DNA of 64,000 nucleotides from a virus. Under the pieces are notes generated by a model. That model did not search any database and was not told the DNA's origin. It was given only the letters and a program-made list of their open reading frames with translations. The DNA lies in the IMG/VR virus record IMGVR_UViG_3300005690_000022, positions 1,653 to 65,652 of that record; one strand, given 5' to 3'. This document shows, one piece after another, positions 40,634 through 49,669 of the stretch. The translations under genes were made by a program, and so were the position numbers. Positions within the stretch are counted from its first letter, which is position 1, and each line of letters starts with the position of its first letter.

Positions 40634-41032
40634 ATGATCAAAGACTTAAAGAAATACAACTTGTTAGCAAGAGCCATGGATCGTTCTTGGGGTTCTTCCA
40701 ATGTAAGAGGAAATGCAACCACAGACAGTGTCATCTGGAAACAGGTTGATGAAACCTTGATCTCAGGCACTTACATAACCATTATAACTTTTAGTTCAAG
40801 TCACATGGCTTCTTATATGAAGAAGTACAATCTTGAAAACGCTACAAATGTGATAAAAGCATATTTGAAAGAACTAGAAGAAAGATACAAAGAGCTTTCT
40901 GATGGTGGTAAGATATCATTAGAACTTATTGAAAGTTCTCTCGATGATAGTTACGAAGTCCTTTCAACTGCTCAATATGTAGCTGCCCGAAGAGCTTACT
41001 TCCGTGTAAACTTCATGGTAGAGGTAAAGTGA
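40634..41032 (+). CDS. Hypothetical protein
   Basis: ORF coupled to terminase (GTGA overlap). Confidence 0.6.
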   Translation: MIKDLKKYNLLARAMDRSWGSSNVRGNATTDSVIWKQVDETLISGTYITIITFSSSHMASYMKKYNLENATNVIKAYLKELEERYKELSDGGKISLELIESSLDDSYEVLSTAQYVAARRAYFRVNFMVEVK

Positions 41033-42690
41033 AGCGACCGAAAATCAATCAAACAAGAAAAGAACATTTGAATGAAATCATTCGATGTGGTTCTGATCCT
41101 GTATACTTCATTGAAAAATACGTAAAAATTTCTCACCCAACAAAAGGCTCAATTCCTTTTGAATTGTTTCCATATCAGATCGACTGTTTACAAGCTTTCT
41201 TGAACAACAATCACGTTATCACAAACAAAAGTCGTCAGCTTGGACTTTCTACTCTTGCTGCTGCTTACTCACTTTGGATGGCTATTTTTCAACGAGAAAA
41301 GAACGTTCTTGTTATCGCTACCAAACTTTCAACAGCACAGCTTTTCGTTAGAAAAGTAAAGGGAATGTTCAAGTCTCTTCCATCATGGTTGGTTGTTCCA
41401 AACATCACGAGTGAAACAAACAAATCACTTGAGTTCGACAATGGTTCAAAGATTCACGCTATTCCAACTTCTCCTGATGCAGGTCGAGGCGAAGCCGTAT
41501 CTCTTTTGATTATTGATGAGGCGGGCTGGATTGCAGATTTTGAAGACCTTTGGATCGGTCTTCAACCAACGTTATCTACCGGAGGAGATGTTATTTTGAT
41601 TTCATCACCTTCTGGTGTAGGAACGCGTTTCCACAAGATTTGGGTCGGAGCTCAAGACAAGTCGAATGATTTCTATCCCATTGAACTTCCTTGGTTTGTT
41701 CATCCAGAACATGATGAGAAATGGTTCGAAGAACAATCAAGAGCTATTGGTTCTCAAAGAGGTATCAACTCGGAGCTTCTTTGTAAGTTTGAGGGTTCTG
41801 GAAATGGATTTGTTGATGAAGAACAAGTTTCTTGGTTAGAGAAAAGTATTCGACCACCACTCGCAACATATGGTCCAAATCAAAACGTGTGGATCTGGAG
41901 ATATCAAGTTCCAAATCACAAATACATCATTGGAGCCGACGTCGCTCGCGGTGATGGCGAAGACTTCTCTTCTTTTTATGTTATTGACATGGATGAAAGT
42001 GAAGTTGTTTGTGAATTCAAGGGACAACTTCCTGCTGATGATTTTGGAAGACTTCTTGCTGACATTGGTGGAAAATACAATAACGCTGTCATCATTGCTG
42101 AACAACAAGGTGGTGGAATTGCAACAAATCTTGAACTGAAAAGATTGAAGTACCCAAAAGTATTTTATGAGAAGTTCTCAAAAGAAGTCTTGATGGGAAC
42201 CAAATGGCTTAGTGATATTGATGTTGAACCATACACCCCAGGTTTGATGATGAGTGTAAAATCCAGAAATGAAGGACTTGTAAAACTTGAACAAGCACTC
42301 AGAAAGAAAACGCTAAAGATATATTCCGGACGTTTTGTTGAAGAGTTGAAAACATTCATTTGGCATAACAATAAGGCGCAAGCTATGAAAGGTTACAACG
42401 ACGACCTTGTCATGTCCCTTGCAATTACTCTCTTGTTTTTCGACCCACAAGGTGATCAAAACTTTGATAGCAGTGCAGAACTTGCTAGAGCTATGATTGC
42501 TGCCATGTCCGTAAACCAAACAACAGTCAAAACTTTTGAAACCCAAAGGTCAACATCAGGATGGGGAGCTGCGCATTCAACAAATCCTTCAAATGCTGGG
42601 CATTTTGGTGGGTCTTCAACAGATAGTAGAGTTATGAATTCTACCCGAACACCTCATTGGCAAAATCCATGGGGATGGTTAGATGATTGA
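41029..42690 (+). CDS. terL: Terminase large subunit (T4 gp17-like)
   Basis: DPVYFIEKYVKI, KSRQLGLST, LLIIDEAG, ISSPSG, GADVARGDGEDFS, DDLVMSLA. Confidence 0.92.
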   Translation: MKRPKINQTRKEHLNEIIRCGSDPVYFIEKYVKISHPTKGSIPFELFPYQIDCLQAFLNNNHVITNKSRQLGLSTLAAAYSLWMAIFQREKNVLVIATKLSTAQLFVRKVKGMFKSLPSWLVVPNITSETNKSLEFDNGSKIHAIPTSPDAGRGEAVSLLIIDEAGWIADFEDLWIGLQPTLSTGGDVILISSPSGVGTRFHKIWVGAQDKSNDFYPIELPWFVHPEHDEKWFEEQSRAIGSQRGINSELLCKFEGSGNGFVDEEQVSWLEKSIRPPLATYGPNQNVWIWRYQVPNHKYIIGADVARGDGEDFSSFYVIDMDESEVVCEFKGQLPADDFGRLLADIGGKYNNAVIIAEQQGGGIATNLELKRLKYPKVFYEKFSKEVLMGTKWLSDIDVEPYTPGLMMSVKSRNEGLVKLEQALRKKTLKIYSGRFVEELKTFIWHNNKAQAMKGYNDDLVMSLAITLLFFDPQGDQNFDSSAELARAMIAAMSVNQTTVKTFETQRSTSGWGAAHSTNPSNAGHFGGSSTDSRVMNSTRTPHWQNPWGWLDD

Positions 42691-42743
42691 CTTTTGAAAT
42701 TATCCTTGAAATATTCCAAAATTCGGTGCATAATTGATCTATC

Positions 42744-43151
42744 ATGCACAAGTACCTACTTCTCGCCAAGAGTTTTGGCGACCAACATACCTTTGATGAA
42801 TATTTGGAGCACCATGTTTGTGCCATTATTGTCAAGGGCGGACGTGTGCTTTCTGTCGGATATAACAAATCCGGAACGAATGCCTTTGTAAGGCATTATC
42901 AAAAGATCGCAAAGCATGAGTATTGTGAAACTACTCACGCTGAACAAGATGCTATTTTGAAGGTTCGTTCTAAGACTGACCTTCGAGGTTCAAAGATTTT
43001 TGTTGTTCGACTTCGTTCTTCTAACTCTCCTCTTGGTGAGCTTGGATTGGCTCGCCCTTGTCCAATTTGCGAAGAGGTTTTGAAGAGTTACGGAATTAAG
43101 CGAGCATACTACAGCATTAGTGATAACGAGTTTGGAGTTCTTAGTCTATGA
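42744..43151 (+). CDS. Zn-dependent (cytidine/dCMP-type) deaminase
   Basis: HAEQDAI and RPCPIC. Confidence 0.8.
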   Translation: MHKYLLLAKSFGDQHTFDEYLEHHVCAIIVKGGRVLSVGYNKSGTNAFVRHYQKIAKHEYCETTHAEQDAILKVRSKTDLRGSKIFVVRLRSSNSPLGELGLARPCPICEEVLKSYGIKRAYYSISDNEFGVLSL

Positions 43152-44485
43152 GTAACGTTGACAATCTGCATCTTCTAGAAGCAAAGAAAAACTTCAAACT
43201 TCTAGAAGAGGCTAAAAACCTAGTTTCCTTAGAAAAGGATTTGATTGAAATCAATCCTGTAAATGAAAACGAGATTTTATCTCTGGATCATTCCTCTGAA
43301 ACAGAGGATGTTGCTATTTCGCGACTACGACATTTCATTGCAACGAAATTTTTTGTTGACCCAATGTATGGATTTGAAAATCCAAATCCATTCAACTTTA
43401 GGTTGATGAGTCATGAACAATTGAAAATTCTTCTCTTTGGAAAAGAACGTATTCCAAACAGTTTGAATATTTTCCCTATTTTGATGCAAGTTTTGCAAAA
43501 CTCAAATGCCATGTGGTCAGGTGGAAGTTTGAGCAGGATTTCAAGCAAAACTTCTATAGAACATACTGATTATGACCTCTTCTTTTATGAAGATGAAGAG
43601 ATTATCAAGGGAATGAAAACCTTATACAGTTTAATTCATGAATTAAATCAATTGGAAATCAAGTATTGGAATGCTCCAATCTTTCCTGTTAGTGTAAGTG
43701 GAAAGGACATTCCACCGAGCTTGGGGAGTCATAACGGAACAATAAGGTTTGGTCTTGAAGTTACAAGGGTTACAAGCACCGCAATTACAATTCAGATAAT
43801 GACCAACACATTCAAACAAAAGCCTGTTATTTTGCAGTTTATCACCGGGGTACATAACGAAGCTTCGTTTGAAGAAATTTTATCAATGTTTGATTTGAAA
43901 TCTTCAATGATTGGTTTCACCAAGGATAAAATCCTTTATCATAAGGATTTCTCCGAAGTCATTGAAAAAAGGGAAATGGTCTTTACGAGAATTTCCGGAA
44001 ATCATCCGCAAGCATTTGCGAAAAGGTTTTCCAAGCATGTCGACCGCCACATGACCTTGCCGGAAAAGGATAAAAATCAAATTTATGAATTTGTTGTCAA
44101 GAATATGACAACAGATAAAATTAAGAAAGAGTTTGAACATTCAAAAAACTCCTATGATGGTTCTCAATTAAACTCTAGACTTGAACACATTCTTCTTTAT
44201 TTTTTGATTGATTATGCAATCGCTACGGGAGACGACGACCAAGCATTAGCAGGTCTTTGCATGATTTCATCAGACCCAACAATACTGCGTTATTCAATTG
44301 AGAATTTTGTTTCAATTGTTCAAGCAAGACGTCAAGAATTGAAGAAGAATGATGATAAGTCATCAATCTATCAACGCTGGATAAAGAATTTCGTTTCAAA
44401 ATTGGGACCTGTGACTGCAAGTGAGGAAGCTCACATGACCCAACTACAACCACAGCTACAACCCTTGAAATTCTGGAGCCAATAG
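43148..44485 (+). CDS. Putative nucleotidyltransferase (polA/CCA head-like)
   Basis: WSGGSL...DYDLFF; ILSMFDLKSSMIGF. Confidence 0.55.
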   Translation: MSNVDNLHLLEAKKNFKLLEEAKNLVSLEKDLIEINPVNENEILSLDHSSETEDVAISRLRHFIATKFFVDPMYGFENPNPFNFRLMSHEQLKILLFGKERIPNSLNIFPILMQVLQNSNAMWSGGSLSRISSKTSIEHTDYDLFFYEDEEIIKGMKTLYSLIHELNQLEIKYWNAPIFPVSVSGKDIPPSLGSHNGTIRFGLEVTRVTSTAITIQIMTNTFKQKPVILQFITGVHNEASFEEILSMFDLKSSMIGFTKDKILYHKDFSEVIEKREMVFTRISGNHPQAFAKRFSKHVDRHMTLPEKDKNQIYEFVVKNMTTDKIKKEFEHSKNSYDGSQLNSRLEHILLYFLIDYAIATGDDDQALAGLCMISSDPTILRYSIENFVSIVQARRQELKKNDDKSSIYQRWIKNFVSKLGPVTASEEAHMTQLQPQLQPLKFWSQ

Positions 44486-44493
44486 GGTATAGT
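44465..44493 (+). promoter_or_regulatory. Sigma70-like promoter heading the tRNA array
   Basis: TTGAAA-N17-TATAGT. Confidence 0.65.
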
Positions 44494-44570
44494 GGTTGTA
44501 GATAGAAAAAACGACTCCCGCTGGTGGGAAAAACTATACAACTTACTATTTAGTAAGTACAAGAATTAGT

Positions 44571-44660
44571 ATGAGTAACATACATCAAAATGATTGGTCA
44601 ACAAAACGCGAAGTAAGCCTCGTCGAGGGATACTTGCCTGCGTTTATTGATGACATTTGA
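44571..44660 (+). CDS. Putative attenuator leader peptide MSNIHQNDWSTKREVSLVEGYLPAFIDDI
   Basis: 29-codon ORF whose TGA overlaps the antiterminator strand; no clear SD. Confidence 0.5.
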   Translation: MSNIHQNDWSTKREVSLVEGYLPAFIDDI

Positions 44661-44730
44661 GGGTTGCTTATATTAGTGTGTGTATAGAAGTGTAGCAACC
44701 CTCCAGCAAAAGCTCGGAGGGTTTTTCGTT
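44659..44730 (+). terminator. Terminator/antiterminator switch
   Basis: GAGGGTTGCT pairs with AGCAACCCTC; the same AACCCTC is the 5' arm of terminator AACCCTCCAGC-AAAA-GCTCGGAGGGTT followed by a T-run. Confidence 0.7.
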
Positions 44731-44734
44731 TCTA

Positions 44735-44750
44735 CTTTGACAACTGAATA
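44735..44750 (+). promoter_or_regulatory. boxA-like antitermination element
   Basis: CTTTGACAACTGAATA just before the first tRNA. Confidence 0.55.
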
Positions 44751-44761
44751 CGTTTCTTTTT

Positions 44762-44837
44762 GTTCCCGTCTTACTAATGGTTAGGTGGTCACCCTCTCAA
44801 GGTGAAGGTATCGGTTCGAGTCCGTTCGGGAATGCCA
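44762..44837 (+). tRNA. tRNA-Glu(CTC)
   Basis: Cloverleaf, TCACC-CTCTCAA-GGTGA, TTCGA, CCA. Confidence 0.9.
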
Positions 44838-44906
44838 ACTATAAATCTGATCAAAGTCAAATGACCCATCTTTAGATGCAATTTTGAATGTGGTTAGATT
44901 GTTGAT

Positions 44907-44983
44907 GGACGAGTACGCCAACAGGAAGAGCGCATAGCCTCAGAAGCTATGGGATGTGGGTTCAACTCTCACCTCGTTCACCA
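44907..44983 (+). tRNA. tRNA-Leu(CAG), short variable loop
   Basis: ATAGC-CTCAGAA-GCTAT, CCA. Confidence 0.8.
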
Positions 44984-45043
44984 AAATCTTCAAGCATCGC
45001 TTGAAACTTCCGTTTCACTGTGATACTGTGAAGGTAAGAGATT

Positions 45044-45117
45044 GGCGTTATAGCATAATGTAATGCACCTCCCTGTCTAGGAGTTGGATATCGGTTCAAG
45101 TCCGTTTAGCGTCGCCA
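45044..45117 (+). tRNA. tRNA-Asp(GTC)
   Basis: CTCC-CTGTCTA-GGAG, GCCA end. Confidence 0.85.
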
Positions 45118-45154
45118 TTTTTGACTCATATAGAGTCGTTAGTTAGAGAAATAA

Positions 45155-45349
45155 ATGACCAAACAAGCAATTGTCAATTTCTGTCAAAACCAATCATGGT
45201 TTCATGGTATTGGAAGAAATGCACATGGGCTCAAGCTTTTGATTGAACCTGGGCAAGTCGAACAAGCAAAGTCCTATCTAAGGAGCTGTGGAATTGAAAC
45301 TTCAACTCTTCAATTTGAAGAGAGACAGATTGCAGTTGTTAGGTGGTAA
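45155..45349 (+). CDS. Hypothetical protein
   Basis: Fills the gap between tRNAs. Confidence 0.55.
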   Translation: MTKQAIVNFCQNQSWFHGIGRNAHGLKLLIEPGQVEQAKSYLRSCGIETSTLQFEERQIAVVRW

Positions 45350-45354
45350 AGTAT

Positions 45355-45428
45355 ACGTCGGTAGTTTAAGGAAAAACAACGGATTCCAAACCCGTTAGAT
45401 GTTGGTTCAAGTCCAGCTCGACGTGCCA
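45355..45428 (+). tRNA. tRNA-Trp(CCA)
   Basis: AACGGA-TTCCAAA-CCCGTT, GCCA. Confidence 0.85.
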
Positions 45429-45442
45429 TATTTAGGTTCAAT

Positions 45443-45667
45443 ATGATTGTGTGTTTATGCAAAGCAATCAACTGTGCCCAAATCAAAGAAACCTTACCTT
45501 GTAAGGTTGTCGAAGTGTGCAAACAAACAGAAGCAGGAACAGTTTGCGGAGGTTGTTTACCAACAATCAAAGAAATTGTCAAGTCATGCCCGGTTAGCTC
45601 AGAGGCAGAGCAACACCCTTACAAGGTGAAGGTCGGGGTTTCGAAATCCTCACCGGGTACCAAATAA
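45443..45667 (+). CDS. Bfd-like [2Fe-2S] protein
   Basis: MIVCLC...AGTVCGGCLPTIKEIV; frame reads through tRNA-Val. Confidence 0.7.
   Translation: MIVCLCKAINCAQIKETLPCKVVEVCKQTEAGTVCGGCLPTIKEIVKSCPVSSEAEQHPYKVKVGVSKSSPGTK
45588..45662 (+). tRNA. tRNA-Val(TAC)
   Basis: CACC-CTTACAA-GGTG, CCA. Confidence 0.9.
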
Positions 45668-45669
45668 AT

Positions 45670-45745
45670 GTCTTCATGGTGAAACTGGATATCACCTCAG
45701 CCTCCTAAGTTGAAGTTTTAGGTTCAAATCCTAATGGAGACGCCA
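45670..45745 (+). tRNA. tRNA-Arg(CCT)
   Basis: TCAGC-CTCCTAA-GTTGA, CCA. Confidence 0.9.
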
Positions 45746-45803
45746 AAATATCCGTTCGGCAAACTTTTCACTTATTCTTCTCGAAACTTCATACTGGATT
45801 TAA

Positions 45804-46043
45804 ATGATGGAAGAATTAAACTCTATGATGGAGAATCTTGAAGAAGGAACCTTGTTTCGAAGAGTTTTTGTAGCGCATAATTCAAACAACGTTCTTGTTT
45901 TGGAGCAAGTTCTTTCAAACGCTTTGAAGTTTCGGGTTCTTCAATCAGATGATTCAATCTTCAAGCTATATGAAGTGGTGACTTACCACAAAGAAAACTT
46001 CTTTGATCTCCTGAAATGGGGATTGTTCGAAAAGATAGCATAA
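45804..46043 (+). CDS. Hypothetical protein
   Basis: Fills the gap between tRNAs. Confidence 0.55.
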   Translation: MMEELNSMMENLEEGTLFRRVFVAHNSNNVLVLEQVLSNALKFRVLQSDDSIFKLYEVVTYHKENFFDLLKWGLFEKIA

Positions 46044-46048
46044 AATAT

Positions 46049-46124
46049 CCTTGTGTAGTGTTGATGGTCAGCACGCTTGCCTGAAGAGCAAGAGGAACTG
46101 GATCGTTACCAGTCGCAAGGACCA
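46049..46124 (+). tRNA. tRNA-Phe(GAA)
   Basis: CTTGC-CTGAAGA-GCAAG; T-loop ATCGTTA; CCA. Confidence 0.85.
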
Positions 46125-46232
46125 ACTCCTAACAGTAGGGTGGTCGTAAGCCTACTATTTCTGCAAGCTCTGGCGGTGAAATAATATCGGAGTAACCGAG
46201 GTGTTGCACGGTCAAATTCCAACACAAACAAT

Positions 46233-46307
46233 CGGAGAGTAGCACAGCGGTAGTGCGCCTGCTTTGGGAGCAGGAAGTCGCAGGTTCGATCCCTGTCTCT
46301 CCGACCA
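46233..46307 (+). tRNA. tRNA-Pro(TGG)
   Basis: CCTGC-TTTGGGA-GCAGG, CCA. Confidence 0.92.
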
Positions 46308-46335
46308 CTAAAAACCCTCTAAAAAGGATTAGATA

Positions 46336-46566
46336 ATGAACATCGAAATTGATTGTGATTCCACGGAAAAGTCGGTAGAAGAATTTGCAAAGCAAATTCT
46401 GCAACTGCCAGATAATGAGTTTGCAAAAGTTTACATGCAAACAATCGGAAAGCTTTCAATCGGACAGTCCGAGACGCCTCAAGCTATGAAGACATTTCAT
46501 GCCCTTTGTAAGGACCGAATGTTGGGAATCGCGAAAAGTGGATTCCCAATCGGAATGATTGCGTGA
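46336..46566 (+). CDS. Hypothetical protein
   Basis: AAGGA SD. Confidence 0.55.
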   Translation: MNIEIDCDSTEKSVEEFAKQILQLPDNEFAKVYMQTIGKLSIGQSETPQAMKTFHALCKDRMLGIAKSGFPIGMIA

Positions 46567-46939
46567 ATAAGATTTCGTGAAAGCCCACGGTCGAAAGTAA
46601 AGTAGGCTTGACATGGCTGGAGAGTAGCAACCTGACGTGAAGAACTGCAAAAGCACCTTTCTTCTGTTTTGATCTGTTAGAACAGCCACCAAATTAAAAT
46701 TTGTGGGAGTTTTTGGGACGAGCCATTTGAAGGCAAGCGAAAAAAACCAAACAAGTTAAGTTGTGTAGAAGCATTCCCTGAAATCACAGGGTGGATTAAT
46801 TTCCCGAGGTCCGGTGATGCCTCGACTTACACAACAGGAAAAAATGAATATTGTGCAAGGTACCTGAAATGACAGGTTGATGAACTCACAGGGTTCTCGC
46901 TCGATGACAATGACCATGCGCATAAGCACAATAAAATAT

Positions 46940-47017
46940 GTTACTGTAGCTCAATCTGGTTGGAGCAACCGTCTGATACGCGGTAGGTTGAAGGTTCGAA
47001 TCCCTCCAGTAACACCA
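46940..47017 (+). tRNA. tRNA-Ile(GAT)
   Basis: ACCGT-CTGATAC-GCGGT, CCA. Confidence 0.9.
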
Positions 47018-47073
47018 ATCAAAAGTAATCAAAGCAACACTCCGAGCAGGCTGTGATGACATGATTACTTTAT

Positions 47074-47153
47074 CAGGGTAAGCGCCATTTTGGAAGGCGA
47101 CTCCGTTTGGAGCGGAGAATATCGTGCAGGTTCGAACCCTGCTACCCTGACCA
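47074..47153 (+). tRNA. tRNA-Pro(TGG), second copy
   Basis: CTCCG-TTTGGAG-CGGAG, CCA. Confidence 0.8.
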
Positions 47154-47180
47154 ATTTTTGCATGTCTTTGAACATGCTAT

Positions 47181-47256
47181 GGTGCCTGAAATCAAATGGA
47201 GAGATACTCGGCTGTGACCCGAGGTAAGACGGGATCGTAACCCGCCTGGCACACCA
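47181..47256 (+). tRNA. tRNA-His(GTG)
   Basis: CTCGG-CTGTGAC-CCGAG; G-1; CCA. Confidence 0.8.
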
Positions 47257-47283
47257 TTTCGAACCTAAAGAAATAGATTCTAG

Positions 47284-47360
47284 CAGAATGTAGCTCCAAT
47301 TCGCCAGAGCACAGCCCGGATGGGCTGAGGATAAAGGTTGAAATCCTTTCGTTCTGACCA
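47284..47360 (+). tRNA. Atypical Pro-like tRNA with shortened anticodon loop
   Basis: CAGAATG/CGTTCTG acceptor, CAGCC-CGGATG-GGCTG, CCA. Confidence 0.55.
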
Positions 47361-47668
47361 AATTACAACAGGACTGGAATATAGTCCTACTGGAGTGGTA
47401 TCATGAACGATACCACTTGTCCCCAAATTAGGACAGTTCGAAATTTGGGATTTCTCAAGGAAATCAAGGACTTAGAGAAAGTTTTGACCATTCCTTGAAA
47501 ATCCTCTCGGGGTCTGTTATATTGAAATCATCGAGGACGGCAAGGAAGCCTCCCGGTTGAAAAAAAGTTTTTTTGGGGAAAGTCTTGGTTCGAATCCAAG
47601 CGTAATTTAGCCTTTTGCAGAACCGCGCTAAATACGTGATGTAATTGGGAGCAAATTCCTCATATTTC

Positions 47669-47742
47669 GGGCGTCTAGTATAAACAGTGCGTCCCCCGCG
47701 TAAATGGGGAAGGTCGTGGTGCAAGTCCATGGTCGCCCACCA
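47669..47742 (+). tRNA. Atypical tRNA with 9-nt anticodon loop
   Basis: TCCCC-CGCGTAAAT-GGGGA; T-loop TGCAAGT; CCA. Confidence 0.55.
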
Positions 47743-48261
47743 ATTTCGTGCTAAAAAGCACTCAAAAAAATCGACCGACATTGGTTGAAAATGGTCTTCG
47801 GACCTGCTAGAGTAAAAGAATGAAGGGATATCGAGTGAGCGGCTGACGGAAACGTAAGCCTAACTCACACATATCTCCGGCTACATGGAGCCGCCGCTTG
47901 AATGGGCAAGGTCGACTTACCCCAAACAAGAAACAGCGCGTCGCCCCGGCGAAACGGGGCACCAAATTTCAACCTGCAATAGCCGCCCCGGCGTGAGCAG
48001 GTTATACTGCCCTTCGGGCGTTGAAAACTAAATACGAGAAAGTTCTGGAGAATAGATCCTCTGTGGAATGCCTTTGCTGGCAGTAGCAGAATGCATCTAT
48101 CTCCTCGAAATGAGGACAAACATAACTCGCGTGATTTATCAGAGAAGCATCGCGAGCTGCAATAGTGCGATGACGTATGCAACGATAGCTAGAATTAGTG
48201 TGTTTAAGTGCTAAACAGAGTTTGTCCTCATTTCAAGGAGTAAAACTCCAATAAGTTTGAA

Positions 48262-48393
48262 GCGAACTTAGTTCAACTGGCAGAACATTCGCCTCTATTC
48301 AAGGATATCATAGATGAAGCTTTCTTCGGAAAGTCAGGTATCGTAGTGATAAGCCTTGGGCGAAAGGTGTGGACTCGGATTCCGCAGTTTGCT
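48262..48393 (+). ncRNA. tRNA-like RNA with about 60-nt insert in anticodon arm
   Basis: GCGAACT/AGTTTGC acceptor, GTTC/GAAC D-stem, TTCGCC/GGCGAA stem enclosing a structured insert. Confidence 0.65.
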
Positions 48394-48959
48394 TCGCTTT
48401 ATTCAACAGATGCAAGCATCTGTTCGGAAGTGTAAATACCTTTAGTGTAGAGAGGCACGCCCGACCCCATCAATTGTAGGGCAGCGTCGCAGACCAGGCG
48501 ACAAGGGATTTATGCAAGAAAATTGTCTGGAGGCTCGGACTGAAAATAGGTACTAATGAAAACATCGTCAGGAATTTGTTTTCATAGTTGCCCGGTTGAC
48601 CAACCCTTAGTAGTAGGTAGCTACGGTTTGTAGCATAACAAAGACTGACGTCCTACGAAAAGACAACCAAGCCTAAATTTTCGCGGTCTAAGTTGAGATA
48701 AAATCCAAAGGCGGTCTGCATCTTTGCATGCAGCGTACAAACTAAGCTATGGATTGCCGCTCCAAACTGCGCTCTTGTTCAAGTTTCTGCCAAAACTTGA
48801 GCCTTCTCTGGCAGGAGAAGAAAGGGAAACCTCGGGTTGTAAGCCGAGAAACCTTTAGGGCTACATTTTTCCTTGTCAATCTTGAAAGCAAAGCAAGCTT
48901 TTGAGATCAAGGCACGCGGACAAACGTACCTAAGTAAAATTAGGACGAACCGCATTTAT

Positions 48960-49037
48960 GGATCTCTGGTGTTTAACGGCTAGCACACTCGGCTCTTAAC
49001 CGATACGGTCTGGGTTCGAATCCCAGGGGATCCACCA
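48960..49037 (+). tRNA. tRNA-Lys(CTT)
   Basis: TCGG-CTCTTAA-CCGA, CCA. Confidence 0.9.
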
Positions 49038-49063
49038 ACTTCACTTACTCTAAGTAAGTAAAT

Positions 49064-49139
49064 GGGCGCGCATGTACCAAGGGGGCGACGATGCCTTGCA
49101 AGCACTGTGTGGGAAGTTCGATTCTTCTCGCGTCCACCA
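49064..49139 (+). tRNA. tRNA-Ala(TGC)
   Basis: G3:U70 acceptor; CTTGCAA loop; CCA. Confidence 0.85.
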
Positions 49140-49182
49140 ACTTTCCTTGAAAGTCACCGAGTTTCGTGTCATAGTAGTTGAC

Positions 49183-49524
49183 ATGGAAGTTTCTTGCGAA
49201 GACTGTGGTCGAACCTACACACCAAATAGGGCAAAAGGTCACAGAAACAAAACTTGTAATTCTTGTCTTGTTGCTCGACGAAGAAGGCTTCGAGAAGAAG
49301 AAATCTACAAATACAAAGGAAACTGTTGTTCAATTTGTGGATACAGTCGTGCTAAACAAGCTCTTCACTTTCACCATTTGATCCCAAAAGAAAAAGATTT
49401 CCAAATTTCTGGAAATTGGGGAATGTCTTGGGAAAAAGTTCAAAAAGAACTTGATAAGTGTATTTTGGTGTGTGCAAACTGTCATGCTGAAATCCACGAA
49501 GGATTGCTAAAATTGGGTTGTTAG
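49183..49524 (+). CDS. HNH endonuclease
   Basis: CSICG..ALHFHH..ELDKCILVCANCHAEIH. Confidence 0.85.
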   Translation: MEVSCEDCGRTYTPNRAKGHRNKTCNSCLVARRRRLREEEIYKYKGNCCSICGYSRAKQALHFHHLIPKEKDFQISGNWGMSWEKVQKELDKCILVCANCHAEIHEGLLKLGC

Positions 49525-49589
49525 CATCAAGGTGATGCACCAGACTTTTAATCTGACCGAGCCCGGTTCGATTCCGGGGCGACCCACCA
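49515..49589 (+). tRNA. tRNA-Lys(TTT)
   Basis: CAGA-CTTTTAA-TCTG, CCA. Confidence 0.9.
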
Positions 49590-49669
49590 AATTAAAGGTT
49601 CATGAGCCTAACTCATGAGGTGAGCCCTGAACCAAAACAAGGGCAGACGATCAGGAAAGACTGGTAAGA

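Noticed and set aside
46125..46192. Twister ribozyme-like TAACAG...GGTCGTAAGCC...CTG
   Set aside because: Lacks the conserved GC after P2 and the pseudoknot pairings could not be completed by eye; needs cmsearch
46616..46691. tRNA-Cys (CTGCAAA loop, GGCTG/CAGCC-ACCA)
   Set aside because: No proper anticodon stem or T arm; at most a degenerate tRNA-like element
49072..49182. N-terminal extension of the first HNH as given in the track
   Set aside because: Overlaps tRNA-Ala; ATG 49183 follows a promoter and is the more plausible start
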